NCBI GenBank assembly: GCA_028571455.1
Contig: JAPVVG010000061.1
Location: 1-55,292, forward strand
Source: Desulfobacteraceae bacterium
Lineage (GTDB): Bacteria > Desulfobacterota > Desulfobacteria > Desulfobacterales > ETH-SRB1
DNA length: 55,292 bases
Direction: 5' to 3'
Made by a program: the position numbers and the translations under genes. Below are positions 45,750-55,292 of the stretch, piece after piece (position 1 is the stretch's first letter; the number at the start of each line of letters is the position of its first letter). Under the pieces are notes generated by a model, which was not told the origin of the DNA, searched no databases, and was given only the letters and a program-made list of their open reading frames with translations.

Positions 45750-46538
45750 TCAAAGATTGTCCAAAAGATCGTCTATGCCTGCCTGATCAAGACCATGGCC
45801 TTGTTTTTGCGGACCTGACAACTCTTCAACCTTTTCATCCACCACCTTCTGCAACTCATCCTGGGAAATATGAGGGTTTTTCTCCCTCTCATTGAGTTTA
45901 AGACCAAATGATATAACCATCCCCTTAATTTTTTTCTCTATTTCGCTTACAAGATTTATAATACTTTTAATCCTCTGGCCTGTCAAGTCCTGGAAACTCA
46001 TCTGAATGAACGAATCAGATATCAAAGACAGATAATTTTCGTTACTCGACTCCACGTAGTCAATAAGGGGAGAGATACTTTTTACCGCTTTTTTATCTAT
46101 TTTAATTTGATGATTATCTTTTCCCTGACCTGGGACCGCTATTGTCCCTTGTCTCAGAGAGGCAAATATTTTCCTGGTTTCTCCAATATTTTGTTCCATG
46201 TTTTCCAGATTATCCATGATCTTATTGGCGGCCATTTCAGTTGTCTCAATGACCCCCTCTAACTGATCAGCAGCCTGGGGGATATACTTTGTCGCTATAT
46301 CGGTTATATTGGGATGAATCTTTGATTTTAGTTCCCTTCTAAAATCAATGAGCAACAGGGCCAGGTCCTTGACACCTCCTGTCATTTCAGAGGTAAGGTT
46401 TCTGAAAAAACTGTCATCATCCTGGTCCATGCCATTGGCCATTGCCTGCTTGAAAAAAACCGTCAATTGCTCTGTCTCATTGCCTGTAAGCTTGCCGGCT
46501 ACGATATCGCTGATTTCCTTTTTAAAATTTTCTTTCAT
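45750..46538 (-). CDS. cheZ: CheY-P phosphatase CheZ
   Basis: 262 aa. FQDLTGQRIKSI matches the CheZ catalytic D/Q motif (QDLTGQ). The C-terminal GIDDLLDNL resembles the CheY-binding peptide. Confidence 0.8.
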   Translation of the reverse strand: MKENFKKEISDIVAGKLTGNETEQLTVFFKQAMANGMDQDDDSFFRNLTSEMTGGVKDLALLLIDFRRELKSKIHPNITDIATKYIPQAADQLEGVIETTEMAANKIMDNLENMEQNIGETRKIFASLRQGTIAVPGQGKDNHQIKIDKKAVKSISPLIDYVESSNENYLSLISDSFIQMSFQDLTGQRIKSIINLVSEIEKKIKGMVISFGLKLNEREKNPHISQDELQKVVDEKVEELSGPQKQGHGLDQAGIDDLLDNL

Positions 46539-46562
46539 ACTCTCATCCCTTTGCAGGCTTTA

Positions 46563-46754
46563 AGGTTCAGGGTTCAGGGTTCAGGGTTCAGGGTTACTCG
46601 TTACTGGTTGCTGGTTACTGGTTACTGGTTCTCTGACTTCTGACCTCTGACTTCTGACTTCTGACTTCTGACCTCTGACCTCTGACCTCTAATTCCTCAA
46701 TTCCTTAATTCCTCAATTCCTTAATTCCTCAATCCTCTATCCTCTTTGCTCTAT
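46563..46754. repeat. modular block GGTTCAG x4 / CTSGTTR x6 / CTGACYT x9 / AATTCCTY octamers x5 / CCTCTAT
   Basis: This was read directly from the sequence. The block lies between cheB and cheZ. Confidence 0.95.
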
Positions 46755-48277
<1,523 letters not shown>

Positions 48278-48662
48278 CTTCCTCTCCTATTATGCTGATT
48301 AATGTCCTTTTTACATCCTCCGGCAGAAATGGCTTCTTTACATAGCCGCTTGCGCCTGAATCCATGGCTTCCTGCATCTTTTTTTCACTGCCTTCAGTTG
48401 TAATCATCACTACCGGAATGGAACGCAGCAGCTCATCTTTCTTCATTTCGGCCATCAGTTCCATCCCGTTCATATTGGGCATATTTATATCTGTTAAAAC
48501 AATGTCCACCCATTCATTTGCCAACACCTTGAGGGCCTCTTTACCATCCGACACATCCCAAAACTCTCCAACATCGAATCCTGAGACCTTAATTATCTTT
48601 TTTACGATAGCCCTCATCGAAGAAGAGTCATCCACAATCAAGACATTAAATGCCATTTGCTG

Positions 48663-49517
48663 TTATCCTCCTGATATACTGACCAGTTCCTCAATATCCT
48701 CAAGCTTCCCACTGAAACCGGCTATGGTTTTCTGGATATCAATATCAGAAAAATGCAGCCTGTCCACAATATCCTGATAATGCCTGTAGGCGAGCCCGTC
48801 AGATCCCACACCCATCCCCATCATCATGCAAATGCAATCAGCCATGTAAACGATCGGAATCGACAGGTCACCAGGCAACGCTTTTTCAGGATGGTGATGA
48901 TTTCTGATTATATTCACCATAACAGGACTGAAATTCCACTGTTCAGCCACCCTGGCTCCCAACTCGGCGTGGTCAATGCCGATGACCTCTTTTTCAGCAT
49001 CTATAAATGTAATGCCTTTGCTTTGAACCGCTTTATTGATGGCTTCAAAGGAGTCCTTTACATAAGTATTTAATATGACCTTTCCTATATCTTTCAAAAG
49101 AGCGGAAGTAAATATAAGGGAAATATTATTGAGATTCCTTTTTTCCGCCAAATCCTGAGCCATGAGCGCTGAAGACACTGAATATCTCCACAGCTCGCCT
49201 TCGGTAAGATCGTAACCTGCCTGGGCCTCCCTGAAATTATCTGCGCTATTTCCCATCATGGCAAGAGAGGCCACCTTATCTATCCCCAGGTAAGCCACTG
49301 CCTGCTTGACTGATGTTATTTTCTTTGCAAGACCAAAATAAGCGGAATTGCATATTCTTAGAAGATTTGCGGTCATGCCCTGATCATATTTGACAATACC
49401 CACAAGCTCTGCGAGAGAGCTGTCAGGATTGGAAATAATTTCCATTATTTTGTCGCGAATGTAAGAGACCGGTTTTAACCTGTCGATCTCTTTAATTATT
49501 TTCTCTATTTCCTTCAT
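48663..49517 (-). CDS. HDOD domain protein
   Basis: It has an HDOD signature (SLAELVGIVKYDQGMTANLLRICNSAYFGLAKKITSVKQAVAYLG) and an HD-like region. I chose the start at 49517, which gives an ATGA overlap with the cheD stop. Confidence 0.8.
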   Translation of the reverse strand: MKEIEKIIKEIDRLKPVSYIRDKIMEIISNPDSSLAELVGIVKYDQGMTANLLRICNSAYFGLAKKITSVKQAVAYLGIDKVASLAMMGNSADNFREAQAGYDLTEGELWRYSVSSALMAQDLAEKRNLNNISLIFTSALLKDIGKVILNTYVKDSFEAINKAVQSKGITFIDAEKEVIGIDHAELGARVAEQWNFSPVMVNIIRNHHHPEKALPGDLSIPIVYMADCICMMMGMGVGSDGLAYRHYQDIVDRLHFSDIDIQKTIAGFSGKLEDIEELVSISGG

Positions 49518-49993
49518 ATTTTCTTCATCCCTGCGCCTGATATCTTTAACCATGCCTGGCCGGTTTTTATCTCAAGCTTCAATGTCCTGTTAACCGTGCC
49601 GCCCACATCTTCAAAATCAATCATCACATTGTTTTTCCAGAACATCTTCCTGAGGACAGTATGGTTTCTCTTGCCGATATTAAACAGGCCTTTCTGGTCG
49701 AGAATTTGAGAGCCACCCGCTACAATAATTTGAAGACGATTCTTTTTTGCCCCAAATTTATAGGTTTCTTTAAAAAGAACGGGTATCCCGATGTCACCGA
49801 ACATATAGGGATTCTTTCTGGCTTTTTGCACATCCAGGCTGGACTCAGGCAGCATATAGTGAAGCAATCCGCCAACCTTTGCCACAGGGTCATATATGGC
49901 CAGAGCTATGCATGAGCCTAAAGAATAGGTAACAAGAACGGATTCAGGGTCATTACTCACCTTCATGTCTCCAACCCCAACGACAAGATTCAT
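49514..49993 (-). CDS. cheD: chemoreceptor glutamine deamidase CheD
   Basis: 159 aa with VGVGDMKVSNDPESVLVTYSLGSCIALAIYD. An ATGA overlap links it to the cheA stop. Confidence 0.9.
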   Translation of the reverse strand: MNLVVGVGDMKVSNDPESVLVTYSLGSCIALAIYDPVAKVGGLLHYMLPESSLDVQKARKNPYMFGDIGIPVLFKETYKFGAKKNRLQIIVAGGSQILDQKGLFNIGKRNHTVLRKMFWKNNVMIDFEDVGGTVNRTLKLEIKTGQAWLKISGAGMKKI

Positions 49994-52233
49994 TCTGATT
50001 CTCCTGAAGATATGTCGAAAATTCCTGCAATATCAAGAATAAGGCTGATTTTACCATCCCCCATAATTGCCCCGCCGGCCACCCCTTTTATATTTTTAAG
50101 CGCTCCGCCAAGATTTTTAATAACTATCTCTTCCTTGCTAATTAATTCATCTACGAGCAGGCATCTTCTTCCCCCCTGGTTTTCCACAACTACCACCAAT
50201 CTTTGCCAGGGATGGCTGTCTATTTTATTTGACAAGGAATTTCCCTTGAGTCCAAACATCTGATCAAGCCTGACTAAAGGAAGTAAATGATCCCTGAACA
50301 TGATCATCTCCCCCTCTCCCTTTACTGTGTGGCATTCGGTCCTCTTAGGTCTAAAAGACTCCTGGATAGTCAGGGTGGGAATAACATATCTCTCGTCACA
50401 GACTTTTACAATCATTCCATCGATTATTGCCAGGGTGAGAGGCACCCGGGTATAAACCGTTGTGCCTTTACCAGGCATTGACTGCACATCAACTCTCCCC
50501 TTTAGTTTTTCAACAATCCTGTTTTTTACTACATCCATGCCTACGCCCCTGCCGGATATATCGGTTACCTTTTCCGCAGTAGAAAGGCCTGGATGAAATA
50601 TAAGGTTGTCGATCTCTACATCGGTCAATTTTTCATCTTCCTTTATCAGACCGCTGGATATGGCCTTTTTCAGGATTTGTTCCCTGTTTAAACCCTGGCC
50701 GTCATCCTCGATTTCTATTACAATATTGCCTCCCTTGTGATATGCTTTTAAATATATGGTTCCCTGTCGGGGTTTATTTGCGGCCTCCCTTTCATCCGGC
50801 AGTTCCAGGCCATGGTCTATTGAATTTCTGATCATATGGACTATGGGCTCATATATTTCTTCCACCATATTCCTGTCTATCTCTGTATCTTCACCTGACA
50901 TGACAAGCTGCGCTTCCTTGCCCGCCTTTTTTGCCAGGTCTCTTATAAGCCGCAGCATCTTTTGAAAGGTGCTCTTGATCGGCACCATCCTGAGCGACAT
51001 GACCGTTTTCTGCAATCCGGAAGTAAGCAGGTTCAACCGATTAACTATCTGATCCAGATCCCTGTCCCTGCTTGCCATGATTAACTTATTTTGTCTGAAC
51101 ATTGACTGGGCAATTGCCAGTTCTCCAACCATGTCCACTATATTATCGAGTTTGCCTGTATCCACCTTTACATGAAGAGCAACCAGCCGGCCAAATCCTT
51201 TCTGTTCCCTGAGCGCGGATACAACCTCCTTTGTTTCAACCTTTTTCTGTTCAACAAGTATCTCTCCAATTTTCTTGCCGTCCTGTTTCTTTTGGATATC
51301 AAGGACATCTTTAACATCCTGGTCAGAAACCACCCCCTTTTCAATCAGCATCTCGCCCAGGGGCTTATCACCATCCCCTTGGGCCTTTGCAAGAAAATGT
51401 TCAATCCTGACAATAATTTGTTTAGTGTCTATATCCCCTTCTAATGGAGTTCCAGTATCAAGAGAGGCCTGGACATTTTCAATCATGCTCTTCAACATAT
51501 CCACGCTTTCGAGTATAATATCTACTATTTCCCCATCTATAGAAAGCTCTTTGTTTCTGACCTTATCTAAAAGATTTTCCGATATATGGGCAAGTTTATT
51601 GATCTTATTGAAATTGAGAAAGCCGGACACCCCTTTAACCGTATGAAAAGGTCTAAATATGGCATTTATCGTTTCAAGGTCGGAAGGATCCTGTTCAAGA
51701 TCCATTAATTTAATTTCAATGGTACCTAAGTTGTCCAGAGACTCGGTCACAAAATCAATGATAATCTCTTTGTCCTCATCACCTATTATACCGGGCGTTC
51801 CTTCCAAACCCTGAACCTCTGAACCCCGCCCGCCATCGCTTCGCTCAGGCGAGGCGGGCAAGCCTTGAACCTTATAACCAAGACTCTTGAGAAGGGGGGA
51901 AATATCCTTATCAGACTCCTTCCCGTCAGCCAGATCTCTACACAGTTTCTGCAGTTCGGAGACGCCTGCCTCAAAAGGGGATAAATCAGATGTCTCATTC
52001 AAAATGACCTTTTCCAAATATCCTTTCATCCCTGATATTACAGGTATCAAAAATTTTTGATCGAGTTTCCCGGCCAAATCCTTTATGGATTCGAGAGATT
52101 TTAGAGTCTTGCCAAGACCAGGTATATCTTCCGGGTCCAGCATGACAGTATCCAGGGCAAGAGAATCAATGAGTCTGGTAATCTTTTTTAATGATTTTTT
52201 CATGATAAATAAGGTTCCGGGTTCAAAGTTCAC
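49990..52233 (-). CDS. cheA: chemotaxis histidine kinase CheA (with N-terminal extension and in-frame repeat insertion)
   Basis: 747 aa. It has an Hpt domain (FRPFHTVKGVSGFL), a dimerisation domain, an HATPase domain (DDGQGL, GRGVGMD) and a CheW-like P5 domain. The start is either the GTG at 52233 or the ATG at 52203. Confidence 0.93.
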   Translation of the reverse strand: MNFEPGTLFIMKKSLKKITRLIDSLALDTVMLDPEDIPGLGKTLKSLESIKDLAGKLDQKFLIPVISGMKGYLEKVILNETSDLSPFEAGVSELQKLCRDLADGKESDKDISPLLKSLGYKVQGLPASPERSDGGRGSEVQGLEGTPGIIGDEDKEIIIDFVTESLDNLGTIEIKLMDLEQDPSDLETINAIFRPFHTVKGVSGFLNFNKINKLAHISENLLDKVRNKELSIDGEIVDIILESVDMLKSMIENVQASLDTGTPLEGDIDTKQIIVRIEHFLAKAQGDGDKPLGEMLIEKGVVSDQDVKDVLDIQKKQDGKKIGEILVEQKKVETKEVVSALREQKGFGRLVALHVKVDTGKLDNIVDMVGELAIAQSMFRQNKLIMASRDRDLDQIVNRLNLLTSGLQKTVMSLRMVPIKSTFQKMLRLIRDLAKKAGKEAQLVMSGEDTEIDRNMVEEIYEPIVHMIRNSIDHGLELPDEREAANKPRQGTIYLKAYHKGGNIVIEIEDDGQGLNREQILKKAISSGLIKEDEKLTDVEIDNLIFHPGLSTAEKVTDISGRGVGMDVVKNRIVEKLKGRVDVQSMPGKGTTVYTRVPLTLAIIDGMIVKVCDERYVIPTLTIQESFRPKRTECHTVKGEGEMIMFRDHLLPLVRLDQMFGLKGNSLSNKIDSHPWQRLVVVVENQGGRRCLLVDELISKEEIVIKNLGGALKNIKGVAGGAIMGDGKISLILDIAGIFDISSGESE

Positions 52234-52332
52234 AGTTCTGGATCATAAGCGCTGAGTTATTTTGTAAACGGTTTGCATTTATGCTATACGGGATTATTTT
52301 AAAAGATGAACGTCCAACACGTGTCTTGGCAT

Positions 52333-52348
52333 AGCATTTGCGAAGCCA
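52333..52348 (-). promoter_or_regulatory. weak sigma-54-like motif upstream of cheA
   Basis: The minus strand reads TGGCTTCGCAAATGCT. It overlaps a better plus-strand match, TGGCATAGCATTTGCG, at 52327-52342, so the functional orientation is ambiguous. Confidence 0.3.
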
Positions 52349-52371
52349 GATCGAACAAAAAAACAAACACC

Positions 52372-52757
52372 GAACCTTGATGGAATCGCTTCGTTCTATC
52401 TTTTTCCATAGACAATCATAAATCCTTGCTCCGCCCACTGCTTACTGCTTACGGCTTACTGCCCTGCGACATCTGACTTCTGAGCTCTGCCCTCTGACCC
52501 CCGCCCGCCATCGCTTCGCTCAGGCGAGGCGGGCAGGTCTGACTTCTGTTCCTTTTGTTTTTCATTCGACGTTGGACGTTCGATGTTCGATGTTGGACGT
52601 TCATCCCTTTTCCTTCTGATTTCTGGTTTCTGACCTCTGACATCTGACTTCTGATTTCTGATCTCTGACCTCTGACTTCTGATTTCTGATCTCTGACCTC
52701 TGACTTCTGACCTCTGACCTCTGACCTCCGACTTCTAATCCCTCAATTCCTAAATTC
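52372..52757. repeat. composite block incl. CTGCTTA heptamers, 112-nt element copy 2 (52494-52605), long CTGAYYT array, octamers
   Basis: This was read directly from the sequence. The block lies between cheR and cheA. Confidence 0.95.
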
Positions 52758-53594
52758 CTAAATCTTCTTATAGACACTTGGTTGAATATACTTGAAAGAA
52801 TGTTTTATGCCGGTCAAACTTTCTGCGTGACCTATCAAAAAATATCCATTATCAGCGAGGTTGTGGAAAAATTTTCCCACCAATACCTCTTTTGTCGGGT
52901 TGTCAAAATAGATCATGACATTGCGGCAAAAAATAACATCAAAAGGTTCTCCAAAATGAAATTCCTCCATGAAATTCAGCCTCTGGAAACTTATTTTTTT
53001 CTTCACCTCCTTTTTTACCCTGAAATAGCCATTCCATCTGTTGTCACCTTTCTGGAAATACCTTTTTCTTAATTCATACGGTATCTTTTCTATTTTCTTT
53101 GTCTCATAAATTCCGGCGCTCGCTCTTGACAAAACACTGGTTGAAAGATCGGTTGCCAGGATTTTAATCTGCCATTTTCCCCGATTATTAAGGGCTTCAC
53201 TAATAGTCATGGCAATACTATATGGCTCTTCTCCTGAAGAACAGCCTGCGCTCCAAATCTTTAAACAATTGTTTTTCGAAGCATTCTCTCTTTTCATTAT
53301 CTCAGGCAGGGCTTTGTTCTTTAAAAAATCAAAATGTTCAGACTCTCGAAAAAAATAGGTCAGATTGGTGGAAATAGAATCAAGAAGGAGTATTAGTTCA
53401 TGTCCGGTTTTGTCATTTACCACATGGTCGTAATACTGTCTAAAAGACCGGAAATTTCTCTGCCTGAGAATCTTTCCAAGCCTTGCCTTGAGCAACTCCT
53501 TTTTACCTCCATGCAGATTGATCCCGCACGTATCATAAACATAACGGCTAAATTTATTAAACTCGCTGTCCTTTAATACCGGTTCTTGCATCAC
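52758..53594 (-). CDS. cheR: chemotaxis methyltransferase CheR
   Basis: 278 aa with IWSAGCSSGEEPYSIAM and FCRNVMIYF. Confidence 0.93.
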   Translation of the reverse strand: MMQEPVLKDSEFNKFSRYVYDTCGINLHGGKKELLKARLGKILRQRNFRSFRQYYDHVVNDKTGHELILLLDSISTNLTYFFRESEHFDFLKNKALPEIMKRENASKNNCLKIWSAGCSSGEEPYSIAMTISEALNNRGKWQIKILATDLSTSVLSRASAGIYETKKIEKIPYELRKRYFQKGDNRWNGYFRVKKEVKKKISFQRLNFMEEFHFGEPFDVIFCRNVMIYFDNPTKEVLVGKFFHNLADNGYFLIGHAESLTGIKHSFKYIQPSVYKKI

Positions 53595-53604
53595 AACAAA
53601 CCTT

Positions 53605-54006
53605 GTTCAGGGTTCAAGTCGCTTCGCTCCAGAAAAGAGGATAGAGAATAGAGAAAATAGGAAAGGTCCTCTATCCTCAAGTCGCTTCGCTCTATCCTCT
53701 ATTCTGGTTACTCGTTGCTGGTTGCTGGTTACTGGTTGCTGGTTGCTCGTTGGCTTTGTTTGTGGGAGTGGCTTTCACAAATCATCCAATCCACGAATCC
53801 ACTAATCATCCTACTCGTTCCAGCATCCAATCATCCAATCAACGAATCAATCAATTCCCCACTCGACTACTCGACTACTCGACTACTCGACTACTGGGCC
53901 TCTGACTTCTGATCTCTGACCTCTGACCTCTGACCTCCCTGGCTCGGCGTAGCTTTGCGTAGACGGCTGACCTCTGATTTCTGATTTCTGATTTCTGATC
54001 TCTGCC
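53605..54006. repeat. composite block: ggttcaagtcgcttcgctcc element x2, CTGGTTR heptamers, CAATC-type repeats, 9-mer CTCGACTAC x4, CTGAYYT arrays (runs into pilZ gene 3' end)
   Basis: This was read directly from the sequence. Confidence 0.95.
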
Positions 54007-54550
54007 TTTTAAATACACGGGAGATAATTTTTTCCCTTTCATTTATATCAAGATCGAGGAATTTTATGCCAAGCAGGTAAACGTTCTTGCCGTCCTCATT
54101 TACAGGCTCTGTACGGACAACTTCACCAAACACATCAATAAATATGAAAGGAAACGTTGATAGAACAAGGTTTATCTGAATAATCCGTCCATGTTCAACA
54201 GGACTATCCACCGTCATTTTCATCCCGGCGCCTCCGATATCTACTCCAACCCCCTGATTAAAAAGCACAATATCCGGCTCATCTTTGGATAACACGGTGA
54301 GTATGCGGTCCAGTTTCTCATCCATATGAAACAGAAAATCCACAAGACATTGATTTCCTGTAATATCATTAGACCTGTTATCGGTATCAACGCCGTCAAA
54401 TATTAGTCCTTTGTTATCTGAAAACAGAATTTGGTCGCGGGTTTCCTTAATTTCTTCGTATTCCTTCTGGGTGATAACCCTGAATTTAACTTTAAAGGAC
54501 AAATTTGCCCTCACAAAAGAACGCTTCTCCTTTGGCTCTATGTCAACCAC
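53891..54550 (-). CDS. PilZ-domain protein (putative c-di-GMP receptor)
   Basis: 219 aa with a GTG start and AGGAGG 5 nt upstream. KRSFVRANLSF is RxxxR-like, and VGVDIGGAGMKM is D-x-S/G-x-x-G-like. The last ~38 aa are translated from repeats. Confidence 0.7.
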   Translation of the reverse strand: MVDIEPKEKRSFVRANLSFKVKFRVITQKEYEEIKETRDQILFSDNKGLIFDGVDTDNRSNDITGNQCLVDFLFHMDEKLDRILTVLSKDEPDIVLFNQGVGVDIGGAGMKMTVDSPVEHGRIIQINLVLSTFPFIFIDVFGEVVRTEPVNEDGKNVYLLGIKFLDLDINEREKIISRVFKRQRSEIRNQKSEVSRLRKATPSQGGQRSEVRDQKSEAQ

Positions 54551-54600
54551 ACATTCCTCCTGTCAAAAAAAACCTGAAAATAAGAAATTAAAATCATTGA

Positions 54601-54616
54601 TGCAATTGTTATACCA
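54601..54616 (-). promoter_or_regulatory. sigma-54 promoter upstream of pilZ-domain gene
   Basis: The minus strand reads TGGTATAACAATTGCA, about 50 nt upstream of the GTG start. Confidence 0.6.
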
Positions 54617-54619
54617 CCA

Positions 54620-54908
54620 GGGTTCAGGGTTGCTCGTTGCTGGTTACTGGTTACTGGTTGCTGGTTCTCTGACTTCTGTCTGCCCGCCGTCCTTCTGGCG
54701 GGACCTCCGACTTCCGACTTCCGGCCTCTGTCTGCCCGCCGTCCTTCTGGCGGGACTTCCGACTTCCGACTTCCGGCCTCCGACCTCTGCCTGCCCGCCG
54801 TCCTTCTGGCGGGACCTCTGACCTCTAATCCCTCAATTCCCCGTTCTCCATTCCCTATTCCCTATTCCCTATCCTCTTTCCTCTATCCTCTTTCCTGATC
54901 CCTGATCA
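54620..54908. repeat. modular block GGTTCAG / CTSGTTR / three copies of the 26-nt GC hairpin with CCGACTT spacers / octamers / CCCTATT / CCTCTTTCCTCTAT
   Basis: Hairpin copies lie at 54679-54704, 54731-54756 and 54790-54815. Confidence 0.95.
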
Positions 54909-55059
54909 AGAGCGTCAACTTGTCCGTCACAGGAGTCAAAATTTTGACACTGCCATCCTTCCTTATCTTAAAAACTGACATCAGTTTCGATTCAAGAAAC
55001 TTGGCCTGACTGCCGATAGAATCAGTAGGTTGGGTTGAGCGAAACCCAACACATCATTC

Positions 55060-55075
55060 TGGCAGGAATATTGCA
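55060..55075 (+). promoter_or_regulatory. sigma-54-like motif on plus strand
   Basis: TGGCAGGAATATTGCA lies about 150 nt upstream of the plus-strand ORF at 55228. Confidence 0.35.
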
Positions 55076-55168
55076 ATTAGTATCTATAATTTAAGAAACC
55101 TCGGATGCGAAGATAAAAAAAATCCTTCGTGTTCTTCGTGGTGATTAATACCTAGTGTCATGTCAAGC

Positions 55169-55197
55169 TTGTAATGTCGTATAGCTTGTGATATAAT
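55169..55197 (+). promoter_or_regulatory. sigma-70-type promoter for the plus-strand ORF
   Basis: TTGTAA-N17-TATAAT lies 30 nt upstream of the ATG at 55228. Confidence 0.45.
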
Positions 55198-55227
55198 TTT
55201 TTCATAATCAACACAGGAGGGTTGAAA

Positions 55228-55292
55228 ATGAAAAAATATATCGTGACACTTACTGCTAATGAACGGGAAATGCTTGGTGGACTCACCTTCAA
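55228..55292 (+). CDS. 5' end of a plus-strand ORF (MKKYIVTLTANEREMLGGLTF...)
   Basis: AGGAGGG lies 7 nt upstream of the ATG, and a TTGTAA-N17-TATAAT promoter lies upstream. The N-terminus is vaguely reminiscent of IS630-type transposase HTH openings, but that cannot be established from 21 aa. Confidence 0.5.
   Translation, partial: MKKYIVTLTANEREMLGGLTF

Noticed and set aside
52223-52438. A 71-aa minus-strand ORF overlapping the cheA start.
   Set aside because: It has no SD and odd composition, and it spans the promoter/leader region and part of a repeat. It is most likely a chance ORF.
54679-54815. Three 26-nt direct repeats at about 52-59-nt spacing that superficially resemble a mini CRISPR array.
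   Set aside because: The 'spacers' are themselves low-complexity CCGACTT/CTGACYT heptamers, nearly identical to each other. The same repeat occurs singly at four other loci. No cas genes or leader are present. It is a REP-like hairpin family rather than CRISPR.

Overview
The window is one continuous, almost entirely minus-strand flagellar and chemotaxis supercluster of about 55 kb from a diderm bacterium (L- and P-ring genes are present). In transcription order, from high to low coordinates, it reads: pilZ, cheR, cheA-cheD-HDOD-cheY-like-cheX-cheB, cheZ, cheY, a hypothetical gene, a sigma-54 response regulator, a large secreted TPR/SH3 protein, a second sigma-54 activator with a degenerate receiver, flgBC-fliEFGHIJ-ylxF-like, fliK-flgD-flgE, motA-motB'-motB-fliLMNOPQR-flhBAFG-fliA, an RR-TPR gene plus five poorly characterised genes, an FlhB-C-like gene, two small ORFs, flgFG-flgA-flgHI-flgJ(rod-binding only), and flgN-flgK-flgL. 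I found no flagellin, flgM, cheW or MCP genes. I also found no rRNA, tRNA, CRISPR-Cas, prophage or recognisable defence system. From sequence alone I can place a sigma-28 promoter in front of flgNKL, a set of near-consensus sigma-54 (-24/-12) promoters in front of most other transcription units, and one good intrinsic terminator after flgE. The most unusual signal is non-coding. Nearly every operon gap, and several gaps inside normally tightly coupled operons, is filled with modular arrays of 7-, 8-, 9- and 14-nt microsatellites, GC-rich hairpins and palindromic MITE/REP-like elements. By my manual tally this is roughly 3.5 kb. These repeats abut or supply start codons and Shine-Dalgarno sequences, add C-terminal tails to three proteins, and sit in frame inside two genes (cheA and ylxF-like). 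Other points of interest are a tandem MotB paralog without the channel Asp, a second FliL, a signal-peptide TPR/SH3 giant protein apparently expressed from a leaderless sigma-54 transcript, a phospho-acceptor D->E enhancer-binding protein, in-frame 33-nt repeats in the FliK ruler, and a 59-aa Cys4 ORF below the ORF-track cutoff. All product calls come from motif recognition by eye. No database search was possible.
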